A DNA stretch of 64,000 nt. Origin: Promethearchaeia archaeon (GTDB lineage: Archaea; Asgardarchaeota; Lokiarchaeia; Sigyniarchaeales; SOKP01). This document shows positions 61,758 to 64,000 of the stretch, piece after piece. A program made the position numbers and the translations under genes. Within the stretch, counting starts at the first letter, position 1, and each line of letters opens with the position of its first letter. Under the pieces are notes generated by a model, which had not been told where the DNA came from, made no database searches, and was given only the letters and a program-made list of their open reading frames with translations. The stretch spans positions 38,514 through 102,513 of the forward strand of contig JAHQWL010000083.1 in assembly GCA_029856155.1 (NCBI GenBank), read 5' to 3'.

Positions 61758-62133
61758 AAAAATAAACATTATATTATTGAAAAAAAAAGAGGGATCTCGT
61801 CCTCCTTAACCTTCCCATTTTCCCTCTCTTTCTACCTCTATGGCAAGGGTCTCCTGTCATACCCATGATTTTTATCGTTAAAAAATTGCCCAAATATAAT
61901 TTTTTAAGAGGATATTTAAAGCTTAATATTAACTATCATTACTGATGATATACATAATAGGTAATCCCAAAGAGAAAATATATAGACTTTTATTAAAAAC
62001 TTGATGATTAGAAAAAAATGTACCTTGTAAAAGTCTATTAAGTTTCAGAATTCCATTAATATTGAATATAAGTCTACTAATTCAACATTTTCAACTAATA
62101 AAAATTTAAAATCAATATCAAATTTAAAGTATT

Positions 62134-63207
62134 ATGACTAAAAAAAAATATCTCTCAAATAAGAAAACTGCCCAACAAACGATTTCAATATCTCCAGCTC
62201 TTAAAGATTGGATAAAAAGATATGTAAATGTTAATCATAGAGAAAATCCTAATGATGAGAGATTTAGTAGTATTTCAGCATTTTATAATTATGTTATGGA
62301 TAACATTCTAGAATTGTATGAAAAAGGTAAAACTCTTGATGATATTAAAAGAGTAGAAGATACAGAGGTAAGTGACTTCTTTGAACCCTTCACCTTTAAG
62401 GCTACCATTCCTCTTTATGAAATGGTTTCAGAAACTAATCGATATACTCCTTTTTCTTTTGAATTTACTACTAGATTTTTAATACATTACATAAATTGGA
62501 TGAGAAGGCAGTTTAGGCCAGGAAATTTTGAAGATTTAAGTTTATTATTCGAAAGGATAACAACTCGGTATGGAACTAGCAATATCTCTGTAGATATGAG
62601 GTTGGAGATCATTCCTGGTGAAAATAAACAACCTATTCGAGGAGTTTTAGAATTTATTGGAAAACAAAGAAATCTTCATTTTGAGAATTGTAAATACTTC
62701 GCAGCTATACTTGGAATGTTAGGATCAAGAGTAACTGACTTTATATATTCACCCGTAGATTATTATTGCAGAATGGACTTAATCGAAACAGATCTTTTAC
62801 ATAAAAAAGAATTAGTTAAGAAAGAAAGGATAAAACTTCTAAAAGAAAACGTGAATTACATAATAAATTATAATAGAATGCTCGAGGAGAAAGATAAATA
62901 TTTATGGATGAATTTAGCAGAAGATAATGAATTATTTATAAACTTTAAGAATAAAAAAGCATTTATAAAATGGATTAAGGCAATAGAGGAAGATTTGCGA
63001 AAATTTGGAACACAAAACGATTTTCTTAATAAAATACTACAATTCTTCAACAGAATACATTGGATTAAAATTGAAGCGTTAAAAGACCTGTCATTCCGGA
63101 TTGAAGACGCAATTGAAAAAAACGCAGAGCAAAAGCAATTATTAATAGATTATTTGTCACAGTATAAAAAAATCTCTCAAAAAGATGAAATTTATTATTT
63201 AAACTAG
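62134..63207 (+). CDS. Hypothetical protein with RHH-like N-terminus (paralog 2)
   Basis: Shares QQTISISPALKD, KGKTLDD, FENCKY.AA.LG and HWI with paralog 1. Confidence 0.75.
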   Translation: MTKKKYLSNKKTAQQTISISPALKDWIKRYVNVNHRENPNDERFSSISAFYNYVMDNILELYEKGKTLDDIKRVEDTEVSDFFEPFTFKATIPLYEMVSETNRYTPFSFEFTTRFLIHYINWMRRQFRPGNFEDLSLLFERITTRYGTSNISVDMRLEIIPGENKQPIRGVLEFIGKQRNLHFENCKYFAAILGMLGSRVTDFIYSPVDYYCRMDLIETDLLHKKELVKKERIKLLKENVNYIINYNRMLEEKDKYLWMNLAEDNELFINFKNKKAFIKWIKAIEEDLRKFGTQNDFLNKILQFFNRIHWIKIEALKDLSFRIEDAIEKNAEQKQLLIDYLSQYKKISQKDEIYYLN

Positions 63208-63336
63208 TACTTGCTATTAACTATTTAAAATAGTCTATATTAAAATATCCCAAACCTTTTTTGAAAATAATTATAAGATTTATTACTTCACTAATTATTG
63301 TATTTGACTATTATTAAAAAGAAATTTCGATTGAAT

Positions 63337-64000
63337 ATGGAAGAATTTGATTATGAAAAATTAGGTCTTAAGTGCGGATTAGAGATTCATCAACAACTTG
63401 ATACGGAAAAGAAGTTATTCTGTAGATGTCCAACTAAACTACAAGGAACTCGGAAGCCAGATTTTACTATAAATCGAAAAATGAGACCAGTTTTAGGCGA
63501 AATGGGAACATATGACAAAGCAATGCTTACAGAATACGAAAAGGGAATGGAAATTACATATGAAGGGTATAATGATGTGGTGTGTACCTATGAACTCGAT
63601 GATACACCTCCATTTTCTTGTAATAAAGAGGCAAGAGAGGTAGCACTACAAATTGCTATGCTTTTAAATGCCAATATAATCGAAGAAATGCATGTGTGTC
63701 GTAAAAATTATTTAGATGGAAGTGTCCCCTGTGGATTTCAACGTACAATGATACTAGGCACTGATGGCTACATAACTTTAGAAAGTGGTAAAAAAATCCG
63801 GATAGATATCTTGAGTTTGGAGGAAGAAGCTGCGAGAAAAATTAAAACTGAAAATAAAAGGAATTTTTTTCGTTTAGATCGATTAGGAATTCCATTAGTA
63901 GAGGTCACAACCAAACCTGATATAAATACACCATATGAGTGTCGAGAATGTGCTGAGAGAATTGGATTGCTATTATGGTCAACAAATGTAAAAAAAGTTC
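63337..64000 (+). CDS. gatE: Glu-tRNA(Gln) amidotransferase subunit E (partial)
   Basis: DYEKLGLKCGLEIHQQLDT, DGS...GFQRT, LEEEAAR, DRLGIPLVEV.T.PD. Confidence 0.93.
   Translation, partial: MEEFDYEKLGLKCGLEIHQQLDTEKKLFCRCPTKLQGTRKPDFTINRKMRPVLGEMGTYDKAMLTEYEKGMEITYEGYNDVVCTYELDDTPPFSCNKEAREVALQIAMLLNANIIEEMHVCRKNYLDGSVPCGFQRTMILGTDGYITLESGKKIRIDILSLEEEAARKIKTENKRNFFRLDRLGIPLVEVTTKPDINTPYECRECAERIGLLLWSTNVKKV

Noticed and set aside
3114-63050. Short antisense/overlapping ORFs in the track (e.g. 3114, 10188, 14049-16071, 20554, 31512, 41846, 44903, 46649, 52113, 62868)
   Set aside because: Shadows of well-supported genes on the opposite strand
1-64000. CRISPR arrays, rRNA genes, transposases or integrases
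   Set aside because: None recognised; the 45-bp repeats at 31650 are coding repeats without spacers

Overview
Very AT-rich archaeal core-genome segment, most likely from Asgard archaea (Lokiarchaeia-like). This assignment is inferred from the roadblock-Rab GTPase fusion, a longin protein, a BAR-like and a polyproline protein, fused Rpo2, and PolD. The window carries many information-processing genes (tfe, rpo2, rpo5, cbf5, PolD DP1/DP2, cdc6, archease, rtcB, pelota, elf1, rnhB, fibrillarin, nop5, elp3, partial gatE) and three tRNAs with four introns at non-canonical positions. The main finding is that two protein-coding genes, elf1 and rnhB, are each interrupted inside their most conserved motif by a 30-31 nt stop-containing insert that folds into a bulge-helix-bulge (BHB) splice motif. 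These are probable tRNA-type mRNA introns of the same size class as the tRNA introns nearby. Other highlights: an unannotated 50-aa WH2-like microprotein, a BAR-like gene next to a polyproline/actin-binding-helix gene, an 8-gene operon with a degenerate SMC-like protein, a KITE-like protein and an AAA+ ATPase, and a tandem pair of AN1-zinc-finger membrane proteins (S2P protease and rhomboid pseudoprotease). All calls come from reading motifs by eye; no database searches were run.
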